A DNA stretch of 64,000 nt from Lepidodermella squamata (taxonomy: Eukaryota > Animalia > Gastrotricha): NCBI GenBank assembly GCA_047495785.1, contig JBLDXI010000032.1:3906001-3970000 (forward strand), given 5' to 3'. A program made the translations under genes and the position numbers. The notes under the pieces were generated by a model, which was not told the origin of the DNA, made no database searches, and saw only the letters and a list, made by a program, of their open reading frames with translations. This document shows positions 49,001-62,158 of the stretch, piece by piece. Numbering within the stretch: the stretch's first letter is position 1; every line of letters begins with the position of its first letter.

Positions 49001-52000
49001 CACCGTTACATGGCCGCTGCCTACGGGCGATTGTTACCTGTTGCAAAATCAACTTCGAATTTGCTTCACCGATCACCGAATCCTAATCACCACGCCTCAT
49101 CGACGACTAATTTTAACCTGCCGCTGAAGAACTCGCCATCGATTCGCTCGCTACCTAGCGTTGTTCTCACCCGCGACTACTGCGATTACCACGCCGATTC
49201 GCCGCTGTTCAACCGCGATAACCGGCGATCAACCGTCGACAACTGCCCGTATATTTTACCACCGCCTAACAGCAACCAAATCGCTATCGTTAAGCGAGAT
49301 TACACCTTCGACTATTCAGGTAAGCATCGATTTAGCTGCCAAATTGAACGAGACCACCAATCACTGCGTGTTTATTTACATTGTAAGCTAATTATTAGTA
49401 ATATTACGCTATAATATATAAGCTCGCACCTAGTTATAAAGTCACAGTTTAGTACGTGTTGAAGCGCACATCAAAGTCGTGTGGAAAAGGCACCCGAAAC
49501 GTGTTGTTCCGCCCTACTGGTTTTTGCACCGCTTTCTTATGGTATTATCGCTGTTCCTTTTCACTGCTACTGTGTATTTACGTTTCGTTTTTATTATTAT
49601 TACTACGATCATGATAGGAGCCGATATTTGCTGCTTGGTGTAGTTTGTAGTTGATGTATCCTCCGACGGGTTTTTATTACGCGCCCACCTGAGTGAGCGC
49701 GAACGATAAAACCCGCACGTCCCACAGCCCAGCCAGGGTGTAAGCAAGATGATACCTGGGCGCGCGGTTCGGTAAATAATCACAATAATTTTCGCACGTG
49801 TTATACATATCGTGACTGGCGCCTGGCCTACTACTATACAGTCGCATCCACTGCCCGTTTTTACGATATCAAGGTATGATAGCGTTGTTTTTGCCGGCTA
49901 ATTATTCGCATCGGCTCACTTGAGTCATTAAAAATAAACCTCGCGCAAAATGGACCCAAATTTTATCGCTATGCACCTGTCAGACAGTCGAACTCCGTCA
50001 CATAATATCCGTCAATCATATTTCATTGACTTTTTGCCTTGTATAATGATGATAGCGGTAATGATGATGATGAGTCTCCCCCTCCTCTCTATGGATCGGG
50101 TAATAATAATTCCCTAGAAGAAAAGTTTACTCCCTCGCACCTAAAAATGAAGCGAAAACAACAGTTTTATTGTCTCATCATTCGTTCGCCATTTAGACTT
50201 GGCCATTATACAACATTTTCGGTCCATTGTTTTTGCAAAAACCATTGTCGACCACGCCTCAATGCATAACGTGATACTGTGAATGGGCGCGTTCGGCGTT
50301 GGACGCCAAAGCGTCTAAAAAGAAGTTTTTCTTAGCGCGCATTCGAACTCGAAATTAGACACGTGTCAATAAAGAAGCCACCAAGTGTCAGCGAGCTCCC
50401 AACACTTCTTCGTCATAGGTATCTAGCTTTATTGTAGCTTCCCTTATGCTAACACCCTCAATATGTTCGTTCATTTTCTGGAAATTAGTAGAATTAGATA
50501 TAAGTAAGTCCCAGAATTACCTCATATTACTTCCCTCGCTTGCTTATAGGATAGGATCGTGGGGCATCCTTACGTTAAGGAAAATTATCAGATATTTCCG
50601 CTAGCAGATTGGCATTATACTGGGAGCGCCATGGCGCAGAAATTGATAGAGCTGTTAATGCGCAATATTACTTCTGGGTGCGCGCTTCCTTCGACTAGTG
50701 CGCACTGATAAACGCGTTTTTTCACTCTTGCGAGGCGACGACAAAAAATCTTTGTTTATCTTGTGCTTCGAAGAGATAACAACACAATAATTTGCGTTAG
50801 AAAAAAATTAACTAGATTGCGGCGATTTGTTGAGCGTTGTTATGGTCATCGCGGCGCACTTTCGACATGCCGCTAACATCATCGAAAACGAGCGCGCTAA
50901 ATCGATTTCAGAGCCATTAGTATCATCGCCTGGTCATCACCGTTTTCATTTAAATAAGCGCAATAATCATGCACTGATTCAGTTGTCGAACAAGTTCGCG
51001 TGCAAATGGATTTCACTTCCCCGCTATATGTGGCGTGCCGGATTCGGCCCGATTGGCGTCGGTGCTTTCCAATCTTCCGGGCACACGATTTTTCGCGCGC
51101 CGGCTAAAATTTTCTAACTAAATAATAGCTTGTTGCACATTTTTCCGCCGAAATTCTTTACTCTAACGACGCCATCAAGTATGATAGGTCGCGATGACAA
51201 CAAGATGTGTTTTTGGCCGACCCGCCGCCGTCATTCGGCTTATTTCGACGACAAGCGCGCATCGCCAAGCGCTTCAAGTGCGATCAACGCGCGTTACGAT
51301 GGTACTTTTTCGAGCTTGGCAGGTTAGGTACGACAGTGATGGCGTACCTCTTGCTTAATTACCAAAGCAAGAAATCGCATCACTTGAGTAATCCGCCTTA
51401 ATTACTTGCGGGTGCGCCGATTGGGACGCGCGTGCGTTGCGGTGCGCAAACAGCGCCACTGCGCCGCGCCGAGAGCGCATCTTGACAGCGCCGCGCACCG
51501 GACCTGGCTGCACTCGTCGCAGCTAATAATGGCGCCGTGTCATCGTTTAGTGCCCGCCGTTACCGGTGCCTTGTCGGCGTCGCCAGCGATCGCCGGTGCG
51601 TTCCAAACAACGCGCCCACTTGCAGGCAGGCGTAACGCCACTGACGCGTCGCACAACGTCTCTCACGCAAAAACAATAAAAATACGGGTAGCGCTCGCAA
51701 AAACTACCCTATGACAGTAGCGTTGAGGCGAGCGCATGACAGCGACGCCACGTCCGCTTGATTTTTGGTTCTGACATATCGCACTCACGTCACGTTTTAC
51801 CTCAATCCCATAATCCGACCGGTCATATCCTTGCTAATTTTCCCTCCGACCCGGTCTCATTTCCATCATTTTTCACGTAGATGATTTCGCCGATTTGGGC
51901 TAAACTTTGATCCTGTCTTATTACCTACCATGAAAGACTGGCTGAAGAAGGCGCTAGATTGCCGTATTCCGGGTTAGTTGAGTCGCGCCACCCTAACCCG

Positions 52001-53695
52001 CTTTTAGCCATCACTTATTTTGCTACCGTTCTCGTGCCCTTCCGCACGGTGCGGCTAAATTCCATCGCGCCACGTTTAGGATAACCTCTTACCAGGTCGC
52101 GCAGTATTTGCCGAACGTTTGCGTAACATCGGCAGCGCCCAACACCTTTGTACCAGCTTAGCACACGTTGTAGCCGATGTGCCGGGTAGTCACATATAGG
52201 ATTGTCGTAAAAATGTCGGTGTGTTAAATCAAGTGCCGGCTCTTCTTAGCTTAGGACTAAGTCAATTCGCCGCATCCTGAGTAGACTTCCTACGACTAAG
52301 CAATATACATAGATAGATGTAGAATACTCTGTTTTCTCACCGACAATGGAACGTGACTTTGTGGCGATAGGACCTTGGAAAGGTAAAATTGGTTAAACTT
52401 CCGCTCGCGTTAGGCCAAATAAATTATAGGTTACCTTATTATTACCGTGGGAATCTACCTGTTTCTCTGCGTCATCTCCCGTGCATTTCTGCGTGTGTGG
52501 CTGTCTCTTCTTTATTTATTAAGGAAATAATACGAATTATTTTATTTCCGATAAATATTATTGTTATATAAGTTATAATTTTGAACTGAGCTGAATTACT
52601 GTTGTCGAAAATTGCGGCCCGTCGCCAGTTTTTTGCCGATAATTTGCGTTCGGCCATGGCAACGCTTGGCGGCAGTTGCGCCGGCAATCCCGAAAAACAA
52701 CAGCACCACCTGCACCATCCGATGGACATCGAGAAACAAGCCGTGGCGTCGTCGACGGGCGCCGGCGTGCCCACCGTGACCGCGGCAAAGCCCAGCCCGG
52801 GTGGCTGGTCGTCGGCTATTATGCGCGGGTGCAATAACATCGAATTTGACCCGGGCTTTCGGACAAGAAAGGGTAATAGATACATCGCCAGAGAAAACAC
52901 GCTCAAAATGATTAGGCGGGTGCCACTATAATAATTTATGCGCGCTAATATAATTAAGGGGGATTTTTATTATTATTTCCGATTTTAAAGCATGCCGTTT
53001 GATTTTTCATTTGTTTGTCTTTCTGATTTTTCACCTTCATAATGTTCATTGCCCTTTCTGTTGGTTTTAGTAATTGCCGAATTTACATAGGCGTCTTGTC
53101 TCATTTCATATATATATAGGTGTCTTTTGACATGTGTCCCTCTTTTTGGCCACATTTTCTCCGTTTGTTTTATGCGAATAATCACCCCTTTCTATAGACA
53201 TTGGTCACATATTATATAGCTTTATGATAATAATAATAATAATGATAATGTTCGTTAATAGATGTAATAGTTGTATTTTGAAAAAGAAAACGGAGCCAAT
53301 TGTTGTAAAACGAGCAGCAGAATACCTGCGTGCGCAAAAGAGCATTCATTGATTGAGAAATACCTACTATCCAACAACTACTCCTCCTCCTCTCGTTCAT
53401 TCGTTCGTTGTAGAGCATGTGCCTGCTAGCGCCGTGTCTGATGGCTGCATTAGGCGATGGCGATGGCGGTCAGGGCCATCATCATGGACGAACAGGCGCC
53501 GGTTTGTTGATAAAACAAGTTTCATGCGTTTTTACTAGCCCTATACGTATAAAACTATGTGTATTTTTACTACTGCTACTACTATTACTACCATCAACAC
53601 TGATGTATAAAGTCCCTATCATATTCAACTGTCTGTACTCAGTCTTTGCAAAAAGATGAATAATAACTCGCCAACTAGGCGAGCCAGCAGCGGGA
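46054..53695 (+). other. Array of alternative ATG-containing first exons (all phase-1 donors) for the downstream claudin-like gene
   Basis: Stronger candidates: 46054-46252 (GTAAGT), 48356-48425 (GTATGC), 49010-49319 (GTAAGC), 51205-51322 (GTTAGG), 51529-51595 (GTGCGT), 51930-51972 (GTTAGT), 52346-52382 (GTAAAA), 52656-52872 (GTAATA), 53417-53501 (GTTTGT). Weaker: 47166-47202, 53656-53695, ~50631-50697. Each is 3n+1 nt and joins TTTTCAG|GC-ATG at 54164 in frame. Confidence 0.7.
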
Positions 53696-54163
53696 GTGGG
53701 CGCGAGCCGGGGCTTTGAAACGCGTTTCGCTTGTTAATTGGTATTGTTTATTGATGTCATGCATTATTTTATATGTATATTCGTAAATATACCTACCTGT
53801 TCGTTCGTATACCTATGCTCGTTTCGTACAGCCTGCCTTTTCCACAACGTCCATTTGTTATCACTACTTATATTACAAAATTAATATATTATCTTACCTA
53901 ATTGTAAATCCACTGTTTACTATTTATTATATCCGATAACTCTAGCGCACTGATAATTACGCATGTTGAACGCTCTTTTGCACGTTTAAAACATCCCGCA
54001 GTAGTTATACTAACGTACCAGTCAGGTACTTACATAGCTCTTGTCGGTTCAAAGCAGCCGAGAGTAGTAGAACTAATCAAATTAAGAGAATGCTAGATTA
54101 TTTTTTAGTTCTTTTTTGGCATTATTTGTTGTCACTGTTTTTTTACATTTTTCATTTTTTCAG

Positions 54164-55547
54164 GCATGAATGGTACCCATTTGAATATTCGACGAGTCGC
54201 CTCCCTCTTCCTCTCCGCGGCAGCAATTGCGCTAAATGCCGTCAGGTATGCAATTAATTTTTTTGTCTCGATTGGTTATTCATGTATTAATTATTATAGC
54301 TATTCAACGCATCGATGGGCAACGATGCAAAACGTCCCAGTTAATCGTTACAGTCTACCCCTATTATTCAAGGATGAATACACGAAAGATCAAGATTGCA
54401 GGTTTGTTGCCCACCTTGAAAAGTAATGACACGTGATTTGTGATTGTGCGAACATCTAGGACACCTCTCTGCCACCTGCTCGATCTGCGCCGAGATGGTC
54501 AATTACAGGCGGCCGTTTACCGCGGCCTTCTCAAGCGCTGCGAGGAGATCGAGAAGCGCGTTGGCCAAGATGCCATGTTTGTTTTGTGTCGCGAAAACCC
54601 TGAAAACTACAACGCCGGTACGTTTGCCGTTATATTGCCGCGTTACCATTTTGTCGCCCATGTTGTTGTTATCACTCGCTTGTGACACCTATGGTGATGA
54701 GCGCTGCTATTTGCCCGGATGACAGCGAGAGAGAGAGATAACACGGGGCCGTAATATAACAATAATTACTGTTACAACAATACGTTGTAGTGGAGGCTAT
54801 TTGCCAGTGTTTACTCATATTATTGGTGTTGTTTCCGCCTTATATAGAAGTCGCCATCGTTCAGCGTCTACAGTTCGCTGGCATGATCTTCCAGGCAACG
54901 GCTGTATTCAGTGCCATCACGATTTTGACCTTAATACGCCTGGCCGAAAGCCGCCGCAGACTGGCATCCTTCTTAGGCTCACTTTTCCCGTCCTTACTCG
55001 GTGGTGAGTATTTCTTTATCATGACTTGATAAAATAAAGCTAAACGCGCGAATTTTAAACATCGATTTGAAACGAAATGAAAGCAAAATTGAAAATTCAA
55101 TTTTTTTTTATAGCTCTTCTAACCGGCCTCGCTCTGCTCATATTCAGCGAACATCTATTAAAAGGCGAGATGCTGGACTACTCGTTCTGGATGGCAACTA
55201 TCTCGGGCATACTATCCGTTGTTACCGCCGTACTCATATGCGGTGACATGGTGACATGCCCGTCGCGAAGCAGTCACCGAGGCCTCGCGCACCAGGGCAT
55301 GGCGCCGGCGAACCGGGGCGACAACGACCCAGGCGCGAACGTGTCTTCAAGCGGCTCCGGCAACAACCTAGGCTCCTCCGCGCCGCCTCTACCCAGCAGC
55401 CAACCTCCGGCTACGCCTCAGGTGAACCGGCCGGGCGGGCGGACGACAGGTAACGATGACATGCCGCCTCAGGTCGACTTCCCAGCCCTCCAGTCAAGCA
55501 GTGGAAAGCAGCCGTCGTTCGGCTATGTGACCCGGCCGCCTTTATGA
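54164..55547 (+). CDS. Claudin/PMP22-like tetraspan protein, constant exons
   Basis: Exons 54164-54245, 54300-54401, 54460-54617, 54848-55003 (in-frame alternative acceptor at 54791), 55114-55547. TM1 is followed by W...RGLLKRC...C, then three more TMs with LDYSFW and a Pro/Ser-rich tail. Confidence 0.8.
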
Positions 55548-56826
55548 ATACCTTTCGAGAAACGACCACGCTTCAACGCCTCGCTATCGCCAACACCAAG
55601 TAATCACGACGAAAAATATTGACGTGAGATTCGTGAGATGCTCTTCAAATGCCTTCTACGCTCTCTTCGCAAACAAATTGGCAATCATTTTCTATTATAA
55701 AAAATTATCGAAAAAAATCAATCAATGTTATATTGTGTTAACGTGTTAGCATTAGTTAGCTTTTTTCGCCATTTTTTCGATGCTTCGATGATACAAGAAA
55801 TCTGATAATTTATTACGGAAATCAAATTAATTTTCTACCCAGCATCCCTGTACAAAATTTTATGATATTACATTAAAATAACTGATATTGATATTATCAA
55901 TAGCCTAACAAATTATTTGCGAACATTGATGATTTCGGCCGTTCAAAATTATCAGTTTTTCGATATGCATTCCTGTTATTCTATTCGAAATATTTCGACT
56001 GCCATTATAAAACTGATAAAATCGACGAGGCGAATCGGTGCGACCTCGAATTTCGTCTACACAGTATTTGAAAACGGAAAGCTTTCTCTGAACTGCCGCC
56101 TCTCAATTTTTTTCTCTGGCTCGCTCGCTCTCTTCATCTTCGTTTTTTTTTTATTTCGATGAAATGTCCCGAAGTCATTAATTTGCTTGAAAGTATTACA
56201 TAGCAATGCTATCAAACTCCTTTCACAACGCAATTTATCGATATTAGTATCAATCGAAACTACAGCATTTTTCTGTTCACGGCTCCAAAATAATGTGTAA
56301 ATAATTTTTATTGGAAAATGTATAGATAAACTATTTGCATCCCTGCTTTAAACAGAAAACGTGTCAAGAACAGAATTCTATCGCCGTTATTCTATTCATT
56401 AATAATTAGTCATGCCCTGATGGATGTTCAAACGGAGAAAAAATCTCGCCGATGTGCGATGATAAAAAATTGTACTTGTTTCGTCGATGTCCTATATGAA
56501 ACAGTCATTAAGTTATTTAATGTCTCTCATATATAGGCGGCGAGCTTCTTTTTGAATAAAATAAAAGTGAGGTCATTCATTTAATTACGATTTTTTTTCT
56601 TACCGACGGTGTTTATCGACTGCGAAGGCGTGTGACGTCGCACATCTGTACGAGTGTTTGCGGCGTTCTGTTTCGCGAGCGTGTCCAATACCTGGGTAAA
56701 AGCGCACCTGAAGATTAAGGACTGGCTATACCTGGAAATTTTCGCGGAAACAATTTGCAACACCTGCTGCTTGACGCCAAAAATTAAACGTAAAGGTAGG
56801 AAGTATGCGAGGTTCATTACTTATAG

Positions 56827-57077
56827 GAAAATATCCGATGAATCAATCGACTTCACCGAAACCTTTAGACGAGAAAGGTGAAACAGCATTGACCCGCCTT
56901 CTTGCAGAAGCTGCCATGGATCCGCGGCGGCAGGCTGATTTTTGCGAAATTGTTGAATCGTTGCTGTCAAACGACCCTCGCCAGCGTTACGTCCCGAACA
57001 GACGTGGATGGAACGCGTTTCACATCGCCGCTTGGACCGGCCAATTCGACGTGTTACTTTCGCTCCTCGGCAATTAA
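56827..57077 (+). CDS. Ankyrin-repeat coding exon (gene start unresolved; may be a fragment)
   Basis: DEKGETALTRLL and NRRGWNAFHIAAWTGQFDVLLSLL follow a TTATAG acceptor. Confidence 0.45.
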
Positions 57078-57712
57078 AGTTATTGTTATTGCTATCATGA
57101 TCTTTGCGTTTTTCACGGCTCATTAAGAAATAAAAATTGCGGATAAGAAATGTCAACTTGTTTGTTTGTTCAACACCACGCGCGAGCGCTTGTTAAAAAG
57201 CGCGCATCGACGTGTCAAGAGAAAGCGTTCGACCCGTAAAAGAGCTCGTGACAAAATAACAAGTGATAACCATTCGGCGCAACCATCATCCTATGAGTTG
57301 GCATTTGCGAAAATCAGTACCAGATTCGTTCGTACTTGAGACGATAGACTAGGTGCTAATAGGTTACCGTGTTTTCGCTGCTGGCTGTCGGCTGCCCATC
57401 GAAGCGCATCCCGTGCCGCAGTTTAAGGCTAAAAATACCAGCCAACAAGCCGCATATAAGATAATCTCTTCGCGCGCTTCATGAGAACATCACTTTTACT
57501 GCGCTTTCTGCTGTCAATCAACGCATGCGAGTAGTAATAAAGTGAGCTAGAGCGCTAAGTGGTTCATTTAACACGTGCGCGTGGGAAGCAGGTACCATCT
57601 AACATCTCACGAGCGCTTTCAGGTCATTTTCCACCGCAAATTTTCGCCGCAACTATATAAGCGCGCAAAATTTCGTAATTTTAAGACAGATTTTTTTTCG
57701 TAATAGTTCAAA

Positions 57713-59128
57713 ATGTTAGCTGCTGCGATCAAAGGCGCACGAGCTGCCGTTGCTGCTCGCGATAATCCCGCCGAGGTGAAGCCGATGCCAAAAACGCCTT
57801 GTGCTGCCCGAAAGTTCCAACCGGCGCCGGCTGAAATGCGTAAAAATGGGGGAAATTGCACGCATGATCTCACAAAAGCAATTTCTCTTTTGGCTCTGTG
57901 CGTCGGTCTTATCGTGAAAGGCGTGTCCTACGACAACAGCCATTGGGCCAATCAGGACGAGCTTGACGTTGTCAACAACAAGGACCACTTTCCTATCATG
58001 ACATCTTTCATCGGTAATCTATATTATTTAAATCGTTTTTTTTTTAATTTTATACTGGCAATTTAGACAATGTCAAATCTGGGAAACACGAAAACTGCGA
58101 AGACCCAAAGTGCAGGATTTTCTTCGATAAATACGCAGCCTTGCAAACACTGTCCCATTCCCGAGGTGGCAGTGGTTCCAGTTCGGTACCGCTTCGTGGA
58201 ACCGTGAGCCGAGGGGTTAACCGACGATGTGAACGTGTTGCGTTGCTACCGTCAAGCGATACTCCCCTTGGCAGTGGTTCGGTGTCAAAATACGAGAAAT
58301 GCACTGTCGATAAGCAAACGGAAATAAACGGTACCTTAAATTAAGAATACCCAATTTGTTCTAATTTATTGTGATTTTTAGAGTTCAAGACTATTCGATA
58401 TCTGCTAATCGCTAGCATGATCTGCGACGCCCTTGGCTTGTTAAACTGGGTGGCAATTCTTAGTCATTCTGGGCACCCTTCCAACAGTGGCCTGGCGCGT
58501 CTTTTCCTAGTCACGAGTGCTTTGTGCGGCTTCATCGCCGCGCTTTTGACTGCTCTTGGTCTCGGCCTATTCGCGCAGGCTGTTGACGTTTTCGAAGACT
58601 CCCGTCTCTACCTGGGCTGGCCGTTTTACGCTGTTTGCGCCTCAACCGTGCTTTCGATTATCACAGCTTTCACTGGATCGGCCCGGCTTCAAAAAGCTGC
58701 AGTTCAATGTTAGTAAAACTAGTCAATTCTTCGAATTATCTCTGACGTGTACATTTTTAGCTGAGGAGAAACCTCGAAAACGGAGGCAGCTGATGGTTTC
58801 ACCGGCGTTAAGTGTCATCGATATGTCGGGTGATGATTTCGAAGCCGCTTACCCGTTCGGCTGCAACATGTTACCGCCTGGTTATCGAACCGTAGCTGGC
58901 TATAACGGCGTCATTGTCGCCTCACATCAACAACCCCGTCGCAACAAGTTCATAGCGCATGCCGCAGCCCCGTCGAGTGGAACATCATCGGCGTTGTACT
59001 GCGCCGACGATGAAACAATCGATGTGGCTGAAATGCCGCCACCCAACGTGCAAGAGTTCAATCAGTACCGAGCGAATGCGCCGAAAAGAGACAACGATAA
59101 AGATGACTCGGCTTTCCGGCGCGTTTAA
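57713..59128 (+). CDS. Claudin/PMP22-like tetraspan protein (paralog 2)
   Basis: Exons 57713-58013, 58067-58330, 58382-58708, 58761-59128. Motifs SYDNSHW, RGVNRRC...KC and YLGWPFY, with four TMs. Confidence 0.8.
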
Positions 59129-59416
59129 CAGCCAAAATTGTTGCGAAATCAAGAAAATCCTGAAATTGTGTGCCACCTTAATAATAATTATTTGCTCAGT
59201 TAATGAAAATGCTCACTCCACTATATTCGCTTATTTCAGTTGATCTAGTAAGAATTGTTGAATAAATTTAACGTAAAATATGAGGCGATCCTCTTATTTC
59301 CTTAGTCAAATGTGACCTTGAATAGCGGGTCACCTAAGGTGACGTAGGCTTGGTAATTGGACCCGTTGCCGCATAATCTTGTTAAACACGAGGCTTATTA
59401 CCTAATTTCTGTCGAA

Positions 59417-60560
59417 ATGTCAATAGCTCGACTTGCTATAAATAGTGGCATTTTCTCGAATGCAAGAAAAAATCATCCGAAAAAACATCTGATTGCGAGA
59501 TGTAACCTTGGCACCCATGAACCACATTCGAAGGTGTTGCATCGACGATGCGCGCATGAATGTCCCATTATTTTTTCGCTCCTGGCTTTTTGCGTCTCAA
59601 TTATTGTGAAAGGCGTTGCTTATGACAACAGTCGATGGGCCAACTATGACGAGGTCGACGTTTACAACAATAAGGAACAATTTCCAATCATGAGCGGCTT
59701 GATAGGTGAGAATCGATCGATTTTGATAGGATTTTTATCGAATTTTTCCATTTTAGATATGAGCTCAAGTAAGACAGGTTTCGACTCGGGCAGCTCCAGG
59801 TGTGAAGAGGCTAAGTGCCGCAATTTTTTCGAAAAATTGACAGCGATGCAAACAGTCGCGATGACTCAGGGCAAGCCACCCGTGTCATTGCGGGGGTCAT
59901 TCAGCCGTGGCGTTAATCGACGCTGCGAACGGCTTTCCCTTTCCGACGGCTCGCCATCGAAATACGACAAGTGCACAGTTGATAAACAGGTCGAAATCAA
60001 CGGTGAGAATTCAACTGAATAAAATATGATCATCCCTTTGTTTTTTTGTAGAATTTCGGACTATTCGATTCCTATTTATCGCAGCTATGATCGCGGAATG
60101 TTTTGCAATATGCGCCTGGGTCCTAGTTTTTGTTAGACCTGTTAATTCAGGCGAAGCGGCCACGATTACTCGCCTCGGGCTAGTGATAGCCGCCATGTTA
60201 GGCTTTGTCGCTGCCCTGCTAACCCTGCTCGGCTGTGGCTTGTTCAGTCAAGCCGTCGATGTTTTCGACGACCCGCACATTTTCCTCGGCTGGCCGTACT
60301 ACGCCACCTTAATCAGCGCCCTACTCGCGCTTCTAACCAGCGTCATAGCCGCCTCGATGCTGCGATCACGTGACTACGACGACGCAGATTACCGGAATAT
60401 TTTGATCAGGAAAAACTTGAGCGGGCAACAAGTTGAAACTATGCTCGCCTCGTCAGATCTGCTCGGAAATCTGGACACCCTGCCTAAAATTAGTAACAAA
60501 GACCGGACAGTCAGTGAACCAGAAATACGCCGACCCTGCGTGTCATTTGAACATGTTTAA
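59417..60560 (+). CDS. Claudin/PMP22-like tetraspan protein (paralog 3, tandem duplicate of paralog 2)
   Basis: Exons ~59417-59705, 59757-60002, 60052-60560. Motifs AYDNSRW, RGVNRRC, KCTVDKQVEIN and FLGWPYY. Intron positions match paralog 2; the start codon is uncertain. Confidence 0.8.
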
Positions 60561-60646
60561 ACAAAATAAAACAGCAGACATGAACGTCAACTCGAATTTT
60601 ATTTGGTTAATTTACAAAGCAGTACAAAAACAGTGATGGAAAAATG

Positions 60647-61322
60647 TCAAATTTCAGGCCAACCCAGCTGATGACTGCCATGACGCGCCTCGGCTTTGGT
60701 GATGAGTTGCTCGACATCGAGGCACGCTTCATCGCGGAAGTCTTCGTCGACGTTTTTCAGGCGGTAGATGAGCGAGTTGAGAAAGGCCTCGTTGCAAAGC
60801 TTGGCCGTTCGTTTCGGCGCAATGACCAGCTCGTTATCAGCGTCAGTGCGGGCGGTCAGTGGCGAGTATTGAAACGCACGTTTCCGGCAACGGGTCATCG
60901 GGCCAGCTCGGAACGGTGTTGAAGCGACTTTTGCTGACGTTGAGATTGAGCAACGAAATTCGGGAATGGCGGGTGACGGTAGAGGAGTGAACGGGCGGTC
61001 AGGGGCGCTCGGTGTAGCGAGGCCGTGAAATTCGAGGCGAAGCTCTTCGAGGTAGCACTCGTTACACTTGGGCGGAGTCGACGAGCGAAGTGAAGATTTG
61101 CCGCTGTCAGTCGACGAGCATCGGAAACCACGATCAAGTTCTGAATAAACAATAGAAAGTTAATTTTTTATCATCCGAAAGCGTCAAATTTTCACCTTGA
61201 TGTTCGCAGTGTATCACAGTGTGATCGCTGTTGTGGCTGGCCGCTGAATTGCTGCGAATTGTGCTGATTTCACTCAAGGCGCTGAAACTACGCTCCGGGA
61301 CTATTTGTGACACGCCAGACAT
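60647..61322 (-). CDS. Ser/Pro-rich protein with C-terminal BESS-like motif
   Basis: Exons 61322-61196 and 61140-60647 join in frame. The C-terminus NEAFLNSLIYRLKNVDEDFRDEACLDVEQLI resembles a BESS motif. Confidence 0.55.
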
Positions 61323-62158
61323 TTTCAGTTTCAAAAAAAAGTCGATATTCTTTCTACGAAAATTTAAAAAATGAATGAGTAATAAATTATAATGCTAATT
61401 TTGCGATGAATGGTGTCGCAACAGTATAGCGCAGACAAGGTCGTGTCACGTCACAAGCAGTTGACTGATTTACAGCCCTAATCAAAGAAAAAGACGAGGG
61501 TCATCATGGCGCGCGCGTGTCTTTGTTTTGACCTTTCGGGCCAGAATTTGGCGCGCTTTTCTTTATGACTAGTGCGCGCACACTCGAAGATGCGATTAAA
61601 ATCTTGACTTTGCCGCGCGTCGTCGCAAATAGAAATTACTTAGTAATTAGCGAAACCGCAAGCGCGGAACCAACTTACTACCCTTGGTTACTACCAACCC
61701 AATACAAGCCAACTACGTCTTCCCACGAAGAGCCGTGGCGGAAGTTACTGTCAAAGAAAGCGCGCCAAAACTCGGGAAATTCGCGCGAAAATAACTTTAT
61801 ACGCTAAATAGGTACAATTTACGAACATTTTATTCATGCAAATTTATTTCTCTAGAAATTCAGAGCTGGGGCCCACTGTAGAGTAGGTTTCATTGAAGCG
61901 CTTCTATCTGATACAACCAGGTGTTAAAGTGGGATAGCCCTGGGACTCTCGCATCAAACCACCGATGTGCGTCGTGCGCGCGCGCGCCCGTTCACCCTTG
62001 GGTGTCAAGTGCTCGCTGAGGGTGCTAGCGCATCAAGTGGCACCTTCACGCTTCCGCGCCACGCCCTGCTCATCCTCGTATAAATCTATCATTAATAAGA
62101 AATCAACTCAAAGTCTTACTTATTTTTAGCAAATAATTAGCGTTGAAAAGTATTCATC

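Noticed and set aside
50039-50269. Possible additional variable first exon ending near GGGTAATA
   Set aside because: The phase-1 frame has no ATG after an upstream stop, and the ATG-bearing frame is phase 0, which would hit GCA TGA in the constant exon.
54678-54722. Coding-looking peptide ACDTYGDERCYLPG inside a claudin intron
   Set aside because: It has no AG acceptor or GT donor at its edges, and paralog alignment joins 54617 directly to 54848.
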